From NCBI GenBank assembly GCA_965204735.1, contig OZ242008.1, positions 800,001 through 864,000 on the forward strand: 64,000 nucleotides of DNA, in the 5' to 3' direction. How positions within the stretch are numbered: position 1 is the stretch's first letter; every line of letters begins with the position of its first letter. Positions 33,101-42,067 of the stretch are shown piece after piece. A program made the translations under genes and the position numbers. The notes beneath the pieces were generated by a model. That model was given only the letters and a program-made list of their open reading frames with translations. It searched no databases and was not told where the DNA came from. The stretch is from Longimicrobiales bacterium. Its GTDB lineage: Bacteria; Gemmatimonadota; Gemmatimonadetes; Longimicrobiales; Gaopeijiaceae.

Positions 33101-33586
33101 CGGTTGGACGACCAGCCCGACGGCCTCCGGGTCGTGGACTACAAGACGGGGACGACGTGGAAGTACCGCGGCGAATCGGGCATCTACGACGGCGGACGCC
33201 GCCTTCAGCACGTGCTGTACTGCCAAGTGGCGTCGCAGCGGATGGGCAAGGCGGCGGACCGCATGGAGTTCCACTTCCCGACGCGACGGGGCGAGAACGC
33301 GGTCAAGGCCTACAAGCGGGACGACCTGCTGCGCGGAGGCGAGTTGATCGCCGCCCTGCTGGAGGGTGTGGCAAAGGGCTGGTTCCCCCCCACCGAGGAC
33401 GTCCGGGACTGCCGCTTCTGCGACTACCGGGACGTGTGCGACGTGCGCGAGGGTCGCCAGGGCGCGTCGTCGCGCTACGCTGCCTGGACCAAGCTGAACC
33501 TGGAGAAAGTCGAGGAGCTTTCGGCTCTGCGGCGTGCGCGCCGGGTGGACGAGGCCATGGCCGGAGGGGACCCCTTCGGTGCGTGA
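30167..33586 (+). CDS. addB: AddB-like subunit with PD-(D/E)xK nuclease and Fe-S cysteines
   Basis: SASKLESLGACP, RGSLLH, GAIDRLD, VVDYKTG, LQHVLY, CRFCDYRDVC; upstream of the UvrD-type helicase. Confidence 0.82.
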   Translation: MSDQLSLDFDASAGVPNGAEAAAGEEVRRSGDGRGDGGGGPEAGLRDDGGPGPAFDSTSVLVRELAKVARDRAAARKVVVARTRGEGKELLRQIALRGQSWAGVEVTTVQPLALQAAMPSILRQGARVADPFDEQAVAERALDDAVAGSGGRFGRFVNKVGFRDAVRRTVAALREGGVRARKLTPGVVRDREKQALVAEVLGRYEALLHEEGLVDSAGVLELALAALEEEGRRGSGARPAGDAPDAERGGLLRSGLGDHAVYLLPGLSDRGLSGRFVRVLERRGAVLLKTDAVEGLPRPAHLLWDVKPPEASGSWLHAVGRQAVADAQAFKRIDLFAAASVYDELRGVLRRVLDRGARWDEVEIVTPDPVTYGSALHALAGPMGIPVNFGVGLPVERTRPGRVTSAYFRWIENGFQEPVFRALVEAEDVRAPDPWGWIRGPRLARSLRRLRIGWGRRRYLDAVERALADLPDASKRRHEDDEQFERRKKRTEEDMHALQAVLAPVLAATPHAGPRAEPAAAGVHSAAAGIGSTSSAGVSPAEVATGVKSVLALLAPGTPADDTARQRLVGILDRIEATQTRLTDFASACNVVKGFLEVRVPAPRAEGKAPWGAVPGHLHLSDFEHGGATGRPFTFVVGMDSSRFPGSALEDPLLLDQDRWRLGKGVLPLAKERSAEARFLFAGLFARLRGEVALSCCRWDPAEARELDPAPEMLQAHRLREGDGSLVFQDLEVALGLSESRLPRPEVQGDVDASDVWLRALAIDGGRLRNGLAAVGRSHPGLARGMEVDKALSLPEASVHVGMLGVGTAAKAGADRPSYADPFAMTYSASKLESLGACPRRFLLQHVVRAKPPDDPEFDPGRWLDARERGSLLHSIFEGALSRARADGLDLDDDAFLALALELVDKEGQKARANIPSPSEAVRKWEIEALRDDARSFVEMIRDDRPRWLALEWRFGFGDEVVEAGTAAEPIRVAGAIDRLDDQPDGLRVVDYKTGTTWKYRGESGIYDGGRRLQHVLYCQVASQRMGKAADRMEFHFPTRRGENAVKAYKRDDLLRGGELIAALLEGVAKGWFPPTEDVRDCRFCDYRDVCDVREGRQGASSRYAAWTKLNLEKVEELSALRRARRVDEAMAGGDPFGA

Positions 33587-36500
33587 CCCGGCCAAGAAGG
33601 AGCCGCCGGACCAGTGGGCTCGCCACCGCATCACCGAGGTCCTGGACGCCAACTTCCTCGTAGAGGCCGGCGCCGGGTCGGGGAAGACGACGTCGCTGGT
33701 GGACCGCATGGTCGCGCTGGTGCGCCTGGGCGTGTGCAAGGTGGACGAGATCGCGGCGGTCACCTTCACCCGGAAGGCGGCGGCGGAGCTGCGGCAGCGC
33801 TTCCAGGTCGAGCTGGAGCAGGCGGGCCGACGGGTCCGCGACGAGTCCCAGCGGACGAATATCGAGGGCGCGCTGCAGAACCTGGACGGGGCGTTTCTGG
33901 GGACGATCCACTCCTTCTGCGCGAAGCTGCTGCGCGAGCGGCCCCTGGAGGCGGGGCTGGACCCGGACTTCCGGGAGCTCTCGGAGACCGAGGCGGTTCA
34001 CCTTCAGCGGACGTTCTGGCTCGACTACCTGGAGCGGCTGGGCGCCGACGGCGACCCGCAGCTGCGCGGGCTGGAGAAGCGGGGGCTCCGGCCCGAGCAG
34101 CTCGAAAAGCTGTACGAGAAGCTGGTGGCGAACCCCGACGTGGACTTCGGCGCAAAGGCCGAGCCGCCCCCCGACGAAGGGCGAGTCGCAGCGGTGCGGG
34201 CGGACCTGGACGCGCTCCTGGACCGGGCCGAAGAGCTGCTCCCCAGCCAGGAACCGGAGAAAGGGTGGGACCGATTCGCCAAGAAAGTGCGCACGCTGCT
34301 CTATCTGCGCCGGTCGTTCGGCTGGGACGACCGCGTCGCCTTCTTCGGCGCCTTGGCCAAGCTGTACGACTCCAAGGCCAGGCCGACGCATAATCGGTGG
34401 TCCTCCCACTCCCACGGAAGGTTTCAGGCCAAGCGGCTGGGGGAGGCGTTTCATGAGTTCGGCAAGCCGGAGGGTCCGGCCGGACGGCTGGTCCAGGATT
34501 GGTGGGCCTACCGATACCCCGTCGCCGTCGCCTTCGCCAAGGGCGCCGCCGACGCCTTTGCCCGGGAACGCAAGGAGCTGGGACTGCTGACCTTCCAGGA
34601 CGACCTGGTGCTGGCCGCCGAGCTTCTGCGCAGCAGCCCGGCCACCCGTCGCGACCTGGGACGCCGCTACCGCCGCCTGCTGGTGGACGAGTTCCAGGAC
34701 ACGGACCCGCTGCAGGCGGAGATCATCTTTCTGCTGGCCAGCGAACCGACGGGCGAGGACGACGACTGGACACGCGCTCGGCCCCGGCCCGGCGCGCTCT
34801 TCGTGGTCGGCGACCCGAAGCAGAGCATCTACCGCTTCCGGCGGGCCGACATCGCGCTGTACGAGTCCGTCAAGCGGCGGTTCGAGAAGTTCGGGGAGGT
34901 GCTGCGACTGGAGGCCAACTTCCGGTCGCTGACGTGCATCGAGAAGGTCGTGAAGGGCGTCTTCGACTCGGAACAAATGTTTCCGGCCAGCGACAAGCCC
35001 TCGCAGGCCGCCTTCGCGCCGCTGCTGGCCCAGCGGAGTCCGGCCGTCGGATGTGGTCCCGGCGTGCTTCGGTCGTACCCGATCGTCGGCAAGACACAGG
35101 ATCAAGCGGCGGAGGACGACGCCCGCTTCATCGCCGCCCACGTCGCCGAGCGGGTGGCGTCGGGCGAGCGCAAGCCCGGCGACTTCATGGTCCTGACCCG
35201 ACTCCGCAAGCACTTGGCTCTCTACGCTCGGATGCTGGAGGAGTGGAGCCTGCCCGTGCAGGTGTCGGGGGCGGGCGTGGATTTCGAAGACAAGCTGTCG
35301 GCGTTCCTCCTGCTCCTGAAGTGCATGGCGGACCCGGCGCACCAGGTGCGGGTGCTGGGCGCGCTCGTGGGGCCGTTCTTCGGGATCACGCTGGACGAGA
35401 TCGTGGCGTACCGAGAAGCGGGGGGTTGGCTGGAGGTGAACCGGCCGCCGCGTCTGCGGGACGGCGTTGCGGCAGGACCTGGGGGCGGCCCCGGCGACGC
35501 CCGCGCGGCCAACGTCGTCGAGGCGCTGGACAAGCTGCACGGCTGGTGGGAGCGAGCCCGTCGAGAGCCGGCGGACGTGACGGCGGAAAGGCTGGCGGCG
35601 GAGACCGGCCTCTTTCCGCTGGCTGCGGCAGGGTCGCTGGGACAGCTGCGCGCCGGGGCGCTGGTCTACCTGCTGGACGCCGTGCGCGCGAAGGCGCTGG
35701 AGGGCAACGCGTCGCTGGCGGGCGCCGTCGAGGCGATGGAGACGGCCCTGGAGTGGGACGACGCAATGGTCTCGCTGGTGCCGGGCCGAGGCAATGCGGT
35801 TCGCGTCATGAACCTGCACCAAGCCAAGGGGCTCGAGGAGAAGGTGGTCTTCCTGGGGTCGCCGTTCGGGGAGCACAATCGAACGCCGTCGATGCGAGTG
35901 GAGCGTGGCGACGACGGAGTGGCCCGGGGTGCCATGCCTGTCGTCGAGAGGCGGGGGCCGCACAAAGTGGAGGTGATCGCCAAGCCGCGGACGTGGAAAG
36001 AGGACGAGAAGGCCGAAGTGGCGTTCGAGTTGGCGGAGAGGGTGCGGCTGCTCTACGTGGCCGCGACCCGGGCCAAGGACGAGCTCTGGGTGGCCAGGTG
36101 GGAGAAGCGGCCGAAGTGGGGAGGGAAGTCGCCGTGGGCCCGCGTCGAGAGGTGGATCGGCGAAGAGGCGGCCCGGGAGGCTGGCGCTGCGGGTGACGGC
36201 GGTCCGGGAGCAGTTCCCGTCGCCGATCTTGTTGCGGATGCCGTGTTCGGCGTCGGCGGTCCCGACGGCCTGGACGACGGACGCGCCGGCGCCGTCGGCG
36301 ACGCCCGAGCCGTTGCCGCCCGCCAGGGAATGATCGCCCGGCAAGAAGTGCCGCAATCGGAGGAGCTGGACCCGGCGACGGACCTGACGGCGCGAGTGGC
36401 TGCGGCGGAGGCTGCGGTGAAAGACGCCGGTACGCCCACGTATGGGCTGGAGACGGTGACGAACCGCGCCAGAGCGGAAGATCTCGGCGACAGCGATCTT

Positions 36501-37262
36501 GCTGACAGCGATTTTGCTGACAACCAGTTTGTTGCCAACAGGGTGGATGCTGGGGGGGCGGCTGCCGACGAGGCGGGTGCTGCTTCGGCGTCCGTTGTCG
36601 GTTCCCAGAGGTTCGCCGTGACCGAGGCGCGTCCCTTGTCGGGCGGAGCCGAGTGGGGGACGATCGTTCACGCGATGCTTGCGGCTGTCGAGGAAGGCGA
36701 AGAGGGGGACGTGCTGGCGGCCAGGGCTCGCAACCTGCTGATCAAGCACGGTCGCACCCTGGACGTTGCCGGAAACCCAAAGGAACTCGACGCGCTGTTG
36801 GCGCTTGTGGGCGACATGTCGCGTTCGGAAGTATGGGCCAGGGCAATGGCCAGCCGGGAGCGTCGCACCGAGGTGCCGTTCGCGGTGGCGCCGCGCGGGG
36901 AGTCCGGCCTTGGCTCCGCCGATCAGCCCGCGGTCGCCGATCAGCCCGCGGTCGCCGAACGGCCCGCAGTCGCCGATCAGCCCGCGGTCGCCAGTCAGCC
37001 CGCGGTCGCCGACCAGCCCGCGGTGGCCAGTCAGCCCGCGGTCCTGGAGGGCGTGATCGACCTGGTCTTCCGCGAAGCCGACGGCTGGGTGGTGGCCGAC
37101 TACAAGACCGACACGGGCACAGATCCCAAGTTCCCCGCCCGCGTCCCGGAGTATCGGCGGCAGGTCGACATCTACGCCGACTGTTGGGAGCGAATCACCG
37201 GCGAGAGGGTCAAGGAGCGACTCCTGGTGTTCACGGCCCAGGGGCGCGTCGAGTCCTGGTGA
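33579..37262 (+). CDS. addA: AddA-like UvrD helicase-nuclease
   Basis: EAGAGSGKT, TFTRKAA, VDEFQDTD, VGDPKQSIYRFR, HQAKGLE, LYVAATRA, GVIDL, DYKT. Confidence 0.88.
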   Translation: MRDPAKKEPPDQWARHRITEVLDANFLVEAGAGSGKTTSLVDRMVALVRLGVCKVDEIAAVTFTRKAAAELRQRFQVELEQAGRRVRDESQRTNIEGALQNLDGAFLGTIHSFCAKLLRERPLEAGLDPDFRELSETEAVHLQRTFWLDYLERLGADGDPQLRGLEKRGLRPEQLEKLYEKLVANPDVDFGAKAEPPPDEGRVAAVRADLDALLDRAEELLPSQEPEKGWDRFAKKVRTLLYLRRSFGWDDRVAFFGALAKLYDSKARPTHNRWSSHSHGRFQAKRLGEAFHEFGKPEGPAGRLVQDWWAYRYPVAVAFAKGAADAFARERKELGLLTFQDDLVLAAELLRSSPATRRDLGRRYRRLLVDEFQDTDPLQAEIIFLLASEPTGEDDDWTRARPRPGALFVVGDPKQSIYRFRRADIALYESVKRRFEKFGEVLRLEANFRSLTCIEKVVKGVFDSEQMFPASDKPSQAAFAPLLAQRSPAVGCGPGVLRSYPIVGKTQDQAAEDDARFIAAHVAERVASGERKPGDFMVLTRLRKHLALYARMLEEWSLPVQVSGAGVDFEDKLSAFLLLLKCMADPAHQVRVLGALVGPFFGITLDEIVAYREAGGWLEVNRPPRLRDGVAAGPGGGPGDARAANVVEALDKLHGWWERARREPADVTAERLAAETGLFPLAAAGSLGQLRAGALVYLLDAVRAKALEGNASLAGAVEAMETALEWDDAMVSLVPGRGNAVRVMNLHQAKGLEEKVVFLGSPFGEHNRTPSMRVERGDDGVARGAMPVVERRGPHKVEVIAKPRTWKEDEKAEVAFELAERVRLLYVAATRAKDELWVARWEKRPKWGGKSPWARVERWIGEEAAREAGAAGDGGPGAVPVADLVADAVFGVGGPDGLDDGRAGAVGDARAVAARQGMIARQEVPQSEELDPATDLTARVAAAEAAVKDAGTPTYGLETVTNRARAEDLGDSDLADSDFADNQFVANRVDAGGAAADEAGAASASVVGSQRFAVTEARPLSGGAEWGTIVHAMLAAVEEGEEGDVLAARARNLLIKHGRTLDVAGNPKELDALLALVGDMSRSEVWARAMASRERRTEVPFAVAPRGESGLGSADQPAVADQPAVAERPAVADQPAVASQPAVADQPAVASQPAVLEGVIDLVFREADGWVVADYKTDTGTDPKFPARVPEYRRQVDIYADCWERITGERVKERLLVFTAQGRVESW
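36918..37043 (+). repeat. 7 x 18-bp in-frame tandem repeat (ADQPAV) inside addA
   Basis: Consensus gccgatcagcccgcggtc; seven units counted. Confidence 0.95.
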
Positions 37263-37265
37263 CGG

Positions 37266-37853
37266 TCAGCCCCTTGCCAAGGCGCTGACACGTTCGACGA
37301 AGTACCGAGCCGTCGGACACTGAGGATGTTTCGCAGCCTGCACGACATCGAATCCATGTTCAGTGATCAAGCGCTTCGCAAACAGCACCTTGCTTCGTCC
37401 GCGCCTGACGGGACCAACCTCCTTCATGCGATCCCATGGCATATTGGGTGTGGCCTCCGGATGCGTTTCACAGTACGACTCGTCGTTGGTCCAGCTGCGC
37501 ATCGCCCTGGTATCTGCCAGAAACCACGATTCGATTGCCTTGCGAGCAATTACGACGAGGTCGATCGCCTCGGAATCAACTCGATTCTTGCGTTCCGTGA
37601 TGCACGGCACGGTCTCGCTGGGATCAAGGTCGGCCAGCACTACGAGTCGATCCAGATTGGCGCTTCGCTTCCTCAGCAAACTGGCCAACCCCATTCCACT
37701 TGTCGTTCCCTTCTCCAACTGCCGGTGTCCGCCAGCCACTACAACAGGGTCCACCAGCTTCAGTTCCTGCTTATCAAGCCAACGCCGAAAGGTCTCGCTT
37801 TCAACAAGCACCTTCTCCGAGTGCCCTTCGACTACGAAGCCTACTCTCACCAC
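37266..37853 (-). CDS. DUF4276/TOPRIM-like protein
   Basis: GFVVEGHSE, VVLADLD, IESWFLAD; GTG start overlaps the ATPase stop. Confidence 0.7.
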   Translation of the reverse strand: MVRVGFVVEGHSEKVLVESETFRRWLDKQELKLVDPVVVAGGHRQLEKGTTSGMGLASLLRKRSANLDRLVVLADLDPSETVPCITERKNRVDSEAIDLVVIARKAIESWFLADTRAMRSWTNDESYCETHPEATPNMPWDRMKEVGPVRRGRSKVLFAKRLITEHGFDVVQAAKHPQCPTARYFVERVSALARG

Positions 37854-38983
37854 GGCACGCCGCCATCCAGCAAGTTGGACAGCCAAGCGGCCTCCAGTCC
37901 CATGACCTGGAGGTCTGCTTGCTCGAGGTTGCCCGAGCTGGCCCGCTTCATGCGAGTTCGGCCAGCCTTCTTGTCCACTACGACCAACTCTTCGAGCCGC
38001 AGCTTTCGCACGATGGATTCGCTGTGGGTAGTGAGCCAGATCGGGTTTTCTGGGCGGGCCGAGTCTCGCAGGAATTCGACGAATTCGGCAATTGCCGCCG
38101 GATGCAGTCCGCGCTCGGGCTCTTCGATCAACGTCACGCCGGGACGGTCGCGTCCGTCCAGGACCGCTACCAGAAGGCTGAGCGCGTAGATCGTTCCGTC
38201 CGACATCAGACCTGCGGGAAACCTCCTCTTCGTGCCGCGTTCCTTGAACAAGACCGCGGTGCGTTGGTCGAGCCGCTGGCGCGTGGTTTGGATTGCGTCG
38301 ACCCCTGGAACCACCATTGCCATCCATTCGCGTATGAGTGCTTGGGCCTCCGGGTCCCCTTCGAGTCGTCCCAGTACGGCTGCCAAGTTGTTTCCCCTGC
38401 CGTTGAGCTTCGACGGGTCTGCATCGGAAGGATCCGGTTCTTTGGCCGACCTTGGGTCTACGCGGTAGATCGTGATGTTTGTAAGCAGATCTGTCAATGG
38501 ATGATTGGGACGGAACAACAGGGCGGACATCGCGGGCGGGATGTCCAGCTTCATCCCGGGTTGGAGTCCGATCCGCGCCGGTTGTCCTGGCACACGTCCG
38601 AGCACGGAGGAGCCGGCCGCAAAAAGGTTTTCTTCGATCTCGGGCGCAGTCGCTAACTCGCGGATCTGCAGGTCGTAGCTGGATGCATCGGCCGGGTTGC
38701 TTGCCACCTCGTCAAGGAGCTTGATTCCGAATGCGAAGTGCTGATTGCGCGGCGCATACAGCTTCGCCGAACGGATGTTGTCGGCGCCGCCGTGAGCTCG
38801 CAGCGCATCCTCGACGCCGTGGCGACAGACTCTGCCCACGAAGTCGAGGGCGTCGAAGAAGTTGCTCTTGCCGGAGCCGTTCGGCCCTGCGAAGACGGAG
38901 AAGGGTCGCAGACCGTCGATCCTCAGGGAGGCGATGCTCTTGTAGTTGGAGATCGTCAGGTCGAAGTGCAAGCGGTCGGCCAT
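37847..38983 (-). CDS. ABC-type AAA_21/AAA_15 ATPase
   Basis: NYKSI, GPNGSGKSN, MSDGT signature, IEEPERGLHP, TTHS. Confidence 0.9.
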   Translation of the reverse strand: MADRLHFDLTISNYKSIASLRIDGLRPFSVFAGPNGSGKSNFFDALDFVGRVCRHGVEDALRAHGGADNIRSAKLYAPRNQHFAFGIKLLDEVASNPADASSYDLQIRELATAPEIEENLFAAGSSVLGRVPGQPARIGLQPGMKLDIPPAMSALLFRPNHPLTDLLTNITIYRVDPRSAKEPDPSDADPSKLNGRGNNLAAVLGRLEGDPEAQALIREWMAMVVPGVDAIQTTRQRLDQRTAVLFKERGTKRRFPAGLMSDGTIYALSLLVAVLDGRDRPGVTLIEEPERGLHPAAIAEFVEFLRDSARPENPIWLTTHSESIVRKLRLEELVVVDKKAGRTRMKRASSGNLEQADLQVMGLEAAWLSNLLDGGVPW

Positions 38984-39009
38984 GGTTGTATGCTCGTCGG
39001 CGCCGGAAG

Positions 39010-41097
39010 CTACTGGAGCCGGCGGAACCAGACTCCCTTGGTCCGGCCGTTGGATGCGAGGAATCCGGTGACTCGGCCGTTGCCGACTCGCTGGAACGCG
39101 ATCGTGGCCAAGAACGTGAACTCCGTCGAGAACTCGTCGTCCCGCCGATGGGCGAGCGGCATCGGCGACCTGTCCAAGTGGTGCATGACGAGGCCGTCGC
39201 TCGCAAGCCTTACTTCGTAGAAGGTCTCCAGCTCTTCGGAATAGTAGCGGCCGACGTAGGCGTCCATCTCCTCGGCCGTCATGGCCTTCCTCTCGGAGCG
39301 GCGCATCTCCATTTCGGCGCCTTGCCGGAACGTCGCGGAGGTGGTCGTGCCGTCGGGCTCGAAGTGGAAGACGAAGGACGCTTGGGCGGCAGGGATGGCG
39401 GCCGTCGAGTCCGACGACGTCTGCACGGGCGTGCGGGGCTGCCCGGCGGCCTGGAAGAAGAGCTGGCCGCCCTCCGTGGTGATCTCCACGTCGAGCGACA
39501 TGCCCTGGACGTCGAGCACCCAGCGCCCGGCCACGGCCTCCATCCGCTCCTGCGACATGCTGCCGTCGCCTTCGGCCGCGACGGCCTCGTCCTCGTCGTC
39601 CTCAAGGTCGTCGGCGAAGAACAGGCGAGCGATCCGCGCGCCCATCCCCAAGTCGAACGACGCGTGGTTGCTCATCACGACGACGCCGTCGTCGAGTTCG
39701 GGGAAGTAGCCCAAGTAGGCGCGGTGGGCCACGTCGCCGCCGGTGTGGGCGTACAGCGCGCGACCCCCCAGCCGGCCGACGCCGAGCCCCAGGCCGTAGC
39801 CGGTGGAGTCTCCGCTCTCCAGGACGGCGGGCGTGGCCATGGCGCGAACGGCCTCTTCGCCGCCCAAGGTCGCGTCCCGGTAGTTGCGCATCCAGCGAAT
39901 CAGGTCGTGGACCGTGGTGTAGATGCCGCCGGCGCCGGCGGACGACGCCAAGTCGCGCGTCGTGCGGAAGCGGCTGCTCTTGTCCGAGACGTAGCCTTGG
40001 GCGCTTCCCGGGATCAGCTCCCCCTGCACCATCTTCACCCGAGTGTCGTTCATGCCCAGCGGCTCGAAGACCCGCTCCCTCATGTACTCGGCAAAGGACT
40101 GGCCGGAGACGCGCTCCACGACCAGGGACAGGAGGATGAACCCGGTGTTGTTGTAGTTCCACTCCGTGTTGGGATGCGCTTGCAGGTCGGGTTGGCGCTG
40201 GACGACTTGGATCGCCTTCTCGCGGACGAAGGCGTCTTCGCCGTTGTAGCCGGCGAGGGGCAGCAGGTTGTATATCTCCCGGTACCCGCTCGTGTGGTTC
40301 AGGAAGTGACGAAGGGTGACGGGCGTGCTGAAGTCTGGGAGCTCGGGGACGTGCTCGCGGATGTCGTCGTCGATGGAGAGCTTGCCGTCGGCTTGCAGCA
40401 GGAGGAGGCCCATGGCGGTGAACTGCTTGGTCACGGAGCCGATGTTGGAGATCGTGCCGTGCTCCCAGGGAACGCCGTGGGTCAGGTTCGCCATGCCGAA
40501 GGTGCGCACGAACGCCGGTTCCCCGTCCCGCACGACCGCGACGATCCCGCCGGGCCGGTCGCGGCCGTCGTACGGGCGGACCATCTGGCCGACGCGAGCC
40601 TCCGGATCGGCAGCCACGGGCTCGGCCACCAGCACCGCAATCTCGTAGGGGCCGCCTTCGCCCGCGGCCTCGTCGCCCGGTTCGCCTGGTTCGTCCCCCT
40701 CCCCGTCCGCCTCGGCGGCGTCTTCCACGTAGGCCGACACCTCGATGGTGTACGTCCCGGCGGCTTCGGTCTCGAAGACGAAGGGATCGGCGCCGGTGGC
40801 TTGCGAGTCGAAGCGGCCCAGCGCTCCGCCGTTCGGGTCCAAGACGGTGACCACCACGTCCAGCGCGGCTTGGTCGGTCTCGCCGTACACGAAGGTCTCC
40901 TCGCCCAGCTCCATCGTGTAGACGTGGCTGGCGCCGGGGGAGAGGGTGGCCGCGACGGGAGCGCCGGGGACGATGGGACGGGAGTCCTGGGCGGAAGCCG
41001 AAGGGAGCGCCGCGGCCCAAGCGACGGTGGCGGCGAAGGCAACCAGTGGGCCGGAGAAGGCTGGGGCTGCCGTCGAGCGGTTTCGATTATCGCGCAT
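39010..41097 (-). CDS. Secreted serine hydrolase (beta-lactamase class C-like) with N-terminal PPC-like domain
   Basis: Signal peptide, SVTK, LNHTSG, YNN, HTG. Confidence 0.88.
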   Translation of the reverse strand: MRDNRNRSTAAPAFSGPLVAFAATVAWAAALPSASAQDSRPIVPGAPVAATLSPGASHVYTMELGEETFVYGETDQAALDVVVTVLDPNGGALGRFDSQATGADPFVFETEAAGTYTIEVSAYVEDAAEADGEGDEPGEPGDEAAGEGGPYEIAVLVAEPVAADPEARVGQMVRPYDGRDRPGGIVAVVRDGEPAFVRTFGMANLTHGVPWEHGTISNIGSVTKQFTAMGLLLLQADGKLSIDDDIREHVPELPDFSTPVTLRHFLNHTSGYREIYNLLPLAGYNGEDAFVREKAIQVVQRQPDLQAHPNTEWNYNNTGFILLSLVVERVSGQSFAEYMRERVFEPLGMNDTRVKMVQGELIPGSAQGYVSDKSSRFRTTRDLASSAGAGGIYTTVHDLIRWMRNYRDATLGGEEAVRAMATPAVLESGDSTGYGLGLGVGRLGGRALYAHTGGDVAHRAYLGYFPELDDGVVVMSNHASFDLGMGARIARLFFADDLEDDEDEAVAAEGDGSMSQERMEAVAGRWVLDVQGMSLDVEITTEGGQLFFQAAGQPRTPVQTSSDSTAAIPAAQASFVFHFEPDGTTTSATFRQGAEMEMRRSERKAMTAEEMDAYVGRYYSEELETFYEVRLASDGLVMHHLDRSPMPLAHRRDDEFSTEFTFLATIAFQRVGNGRVTGFLASNGRTKGVWFRRLQ

Positions 41098-41217
41098 GGT
41101 TGGGTCTACGCTTGTTGGAGTGACGGTGGCGGCCGAATGCGAGTTGCGGCGGAAAACGCTGTCACGGTGTCGTCAGCTTGCTGATTTTGTCCTGGACCAG
41201 CCAAGGACTTCTAGCCC

Positions 41218-41889
41218 TCACCCGCCGCTCGCCCTCTCCCAGCGCAGGACGGTGATCGCATCTGCTTCGCCGCAGGGGCTGGACTCGGCGATGGGGCCTT
41301 CCACCACTACCTGGTCGCCGGGCTCGAGGTCTGCGACTTCGTCGCCCGACAGCGCATACACGTACTCGTCGTTGTCGCGGAGGGTGACGCACTCCAGCCC
41401 CTCGTCGACGATCTGGCCGGTTCGCTGGACCAGGCCGTCCTCGGTGGTGACGTGGAACGGGTCCGAGTAGGCGATCGGGCTGAACACACCGTTGAAGATG
41501 ATCACGACGAGGGGGCGGTTCCACGTCGCGTACTCGGGTATGCTGACGGTGGCGGAGACTTCGCCCCACATCTCCTGCCTGCCCTCGGCCCGGGCCTCGA
41601 AGCCGGAGCGCATGGCCCCGACGCCGACCCATATCTTGGCCTGCGGCGGAAGGTTCTCGGTGTAGACCTCCACCTCGGTTCCAGGCGGGCCGATGCGGGG
41701 CACGACGGACTGGACGTGACGGGGAGCGTCGAGGGTGGCGTAGCGCCGCTCGTGCTGGGCGTGGGCGTCGCCGGCTCCGACGGTCGAGAGGATCGGGACG
41801 GAAGCGGCGAGCGCCGCCAGCAGGCTCGTCCGGGCCAGGGCGACGTTGGGACGAACGAAGGCGGGACCCGGGCGGTGGCAAACGGACAC
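41218..41889 (-). CDS. Secreted hypothetical protein (Ig-like domain plus C-terminal OB-fold/DUF5818-like domain)
   Basis: Signal-like segment ending AHA; EGLECVTLRD...YAL...PGDQVVVEG...C; start uncertain. Confidence 0.65.
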   Translation of the reverse strand: MSVCHRPGPAFVRPNVALARTSLLAALAASVPILSTVGAGDAHAQHERRYATLDAPRHVQSVVPRIGPPGTEVEVYTENLPPQAKIWVGVGAMRSGFEARAEGRQEMWGEVSATVSIPEYATWNRPLVVIIFNGVFSPIAYSDPFHVTTEDGLVQRTGQIVDEGLECVTLRDNDEYVYALSGDEVADLEPGDQVVVEGPIAESSPCGEADAITVLRWERASGG

Positions 41890-42067
41890 GGCGGCTCCTC
41901 CGGCTGAATTACGGCTGCGGCAAGTTGGCCGCACGGTTGTCCTTTCGGCAAGACCCGCGTTACGTCGGTCATGCCGACGGTGCCGGTGGCCGGAGTCCCG
42001 CGGGCATGCAGCGCCAGCATGATCGTCCACGCCGCGACGCTTCAACTCCGGCAGTCCTGGCTGTCGC

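Noticed and set aside
36918..37043. Possible CRISPR array
   Set aside because: Contiguous 18-bp units with no spacers, in frame inside addA; no cas genes in the window
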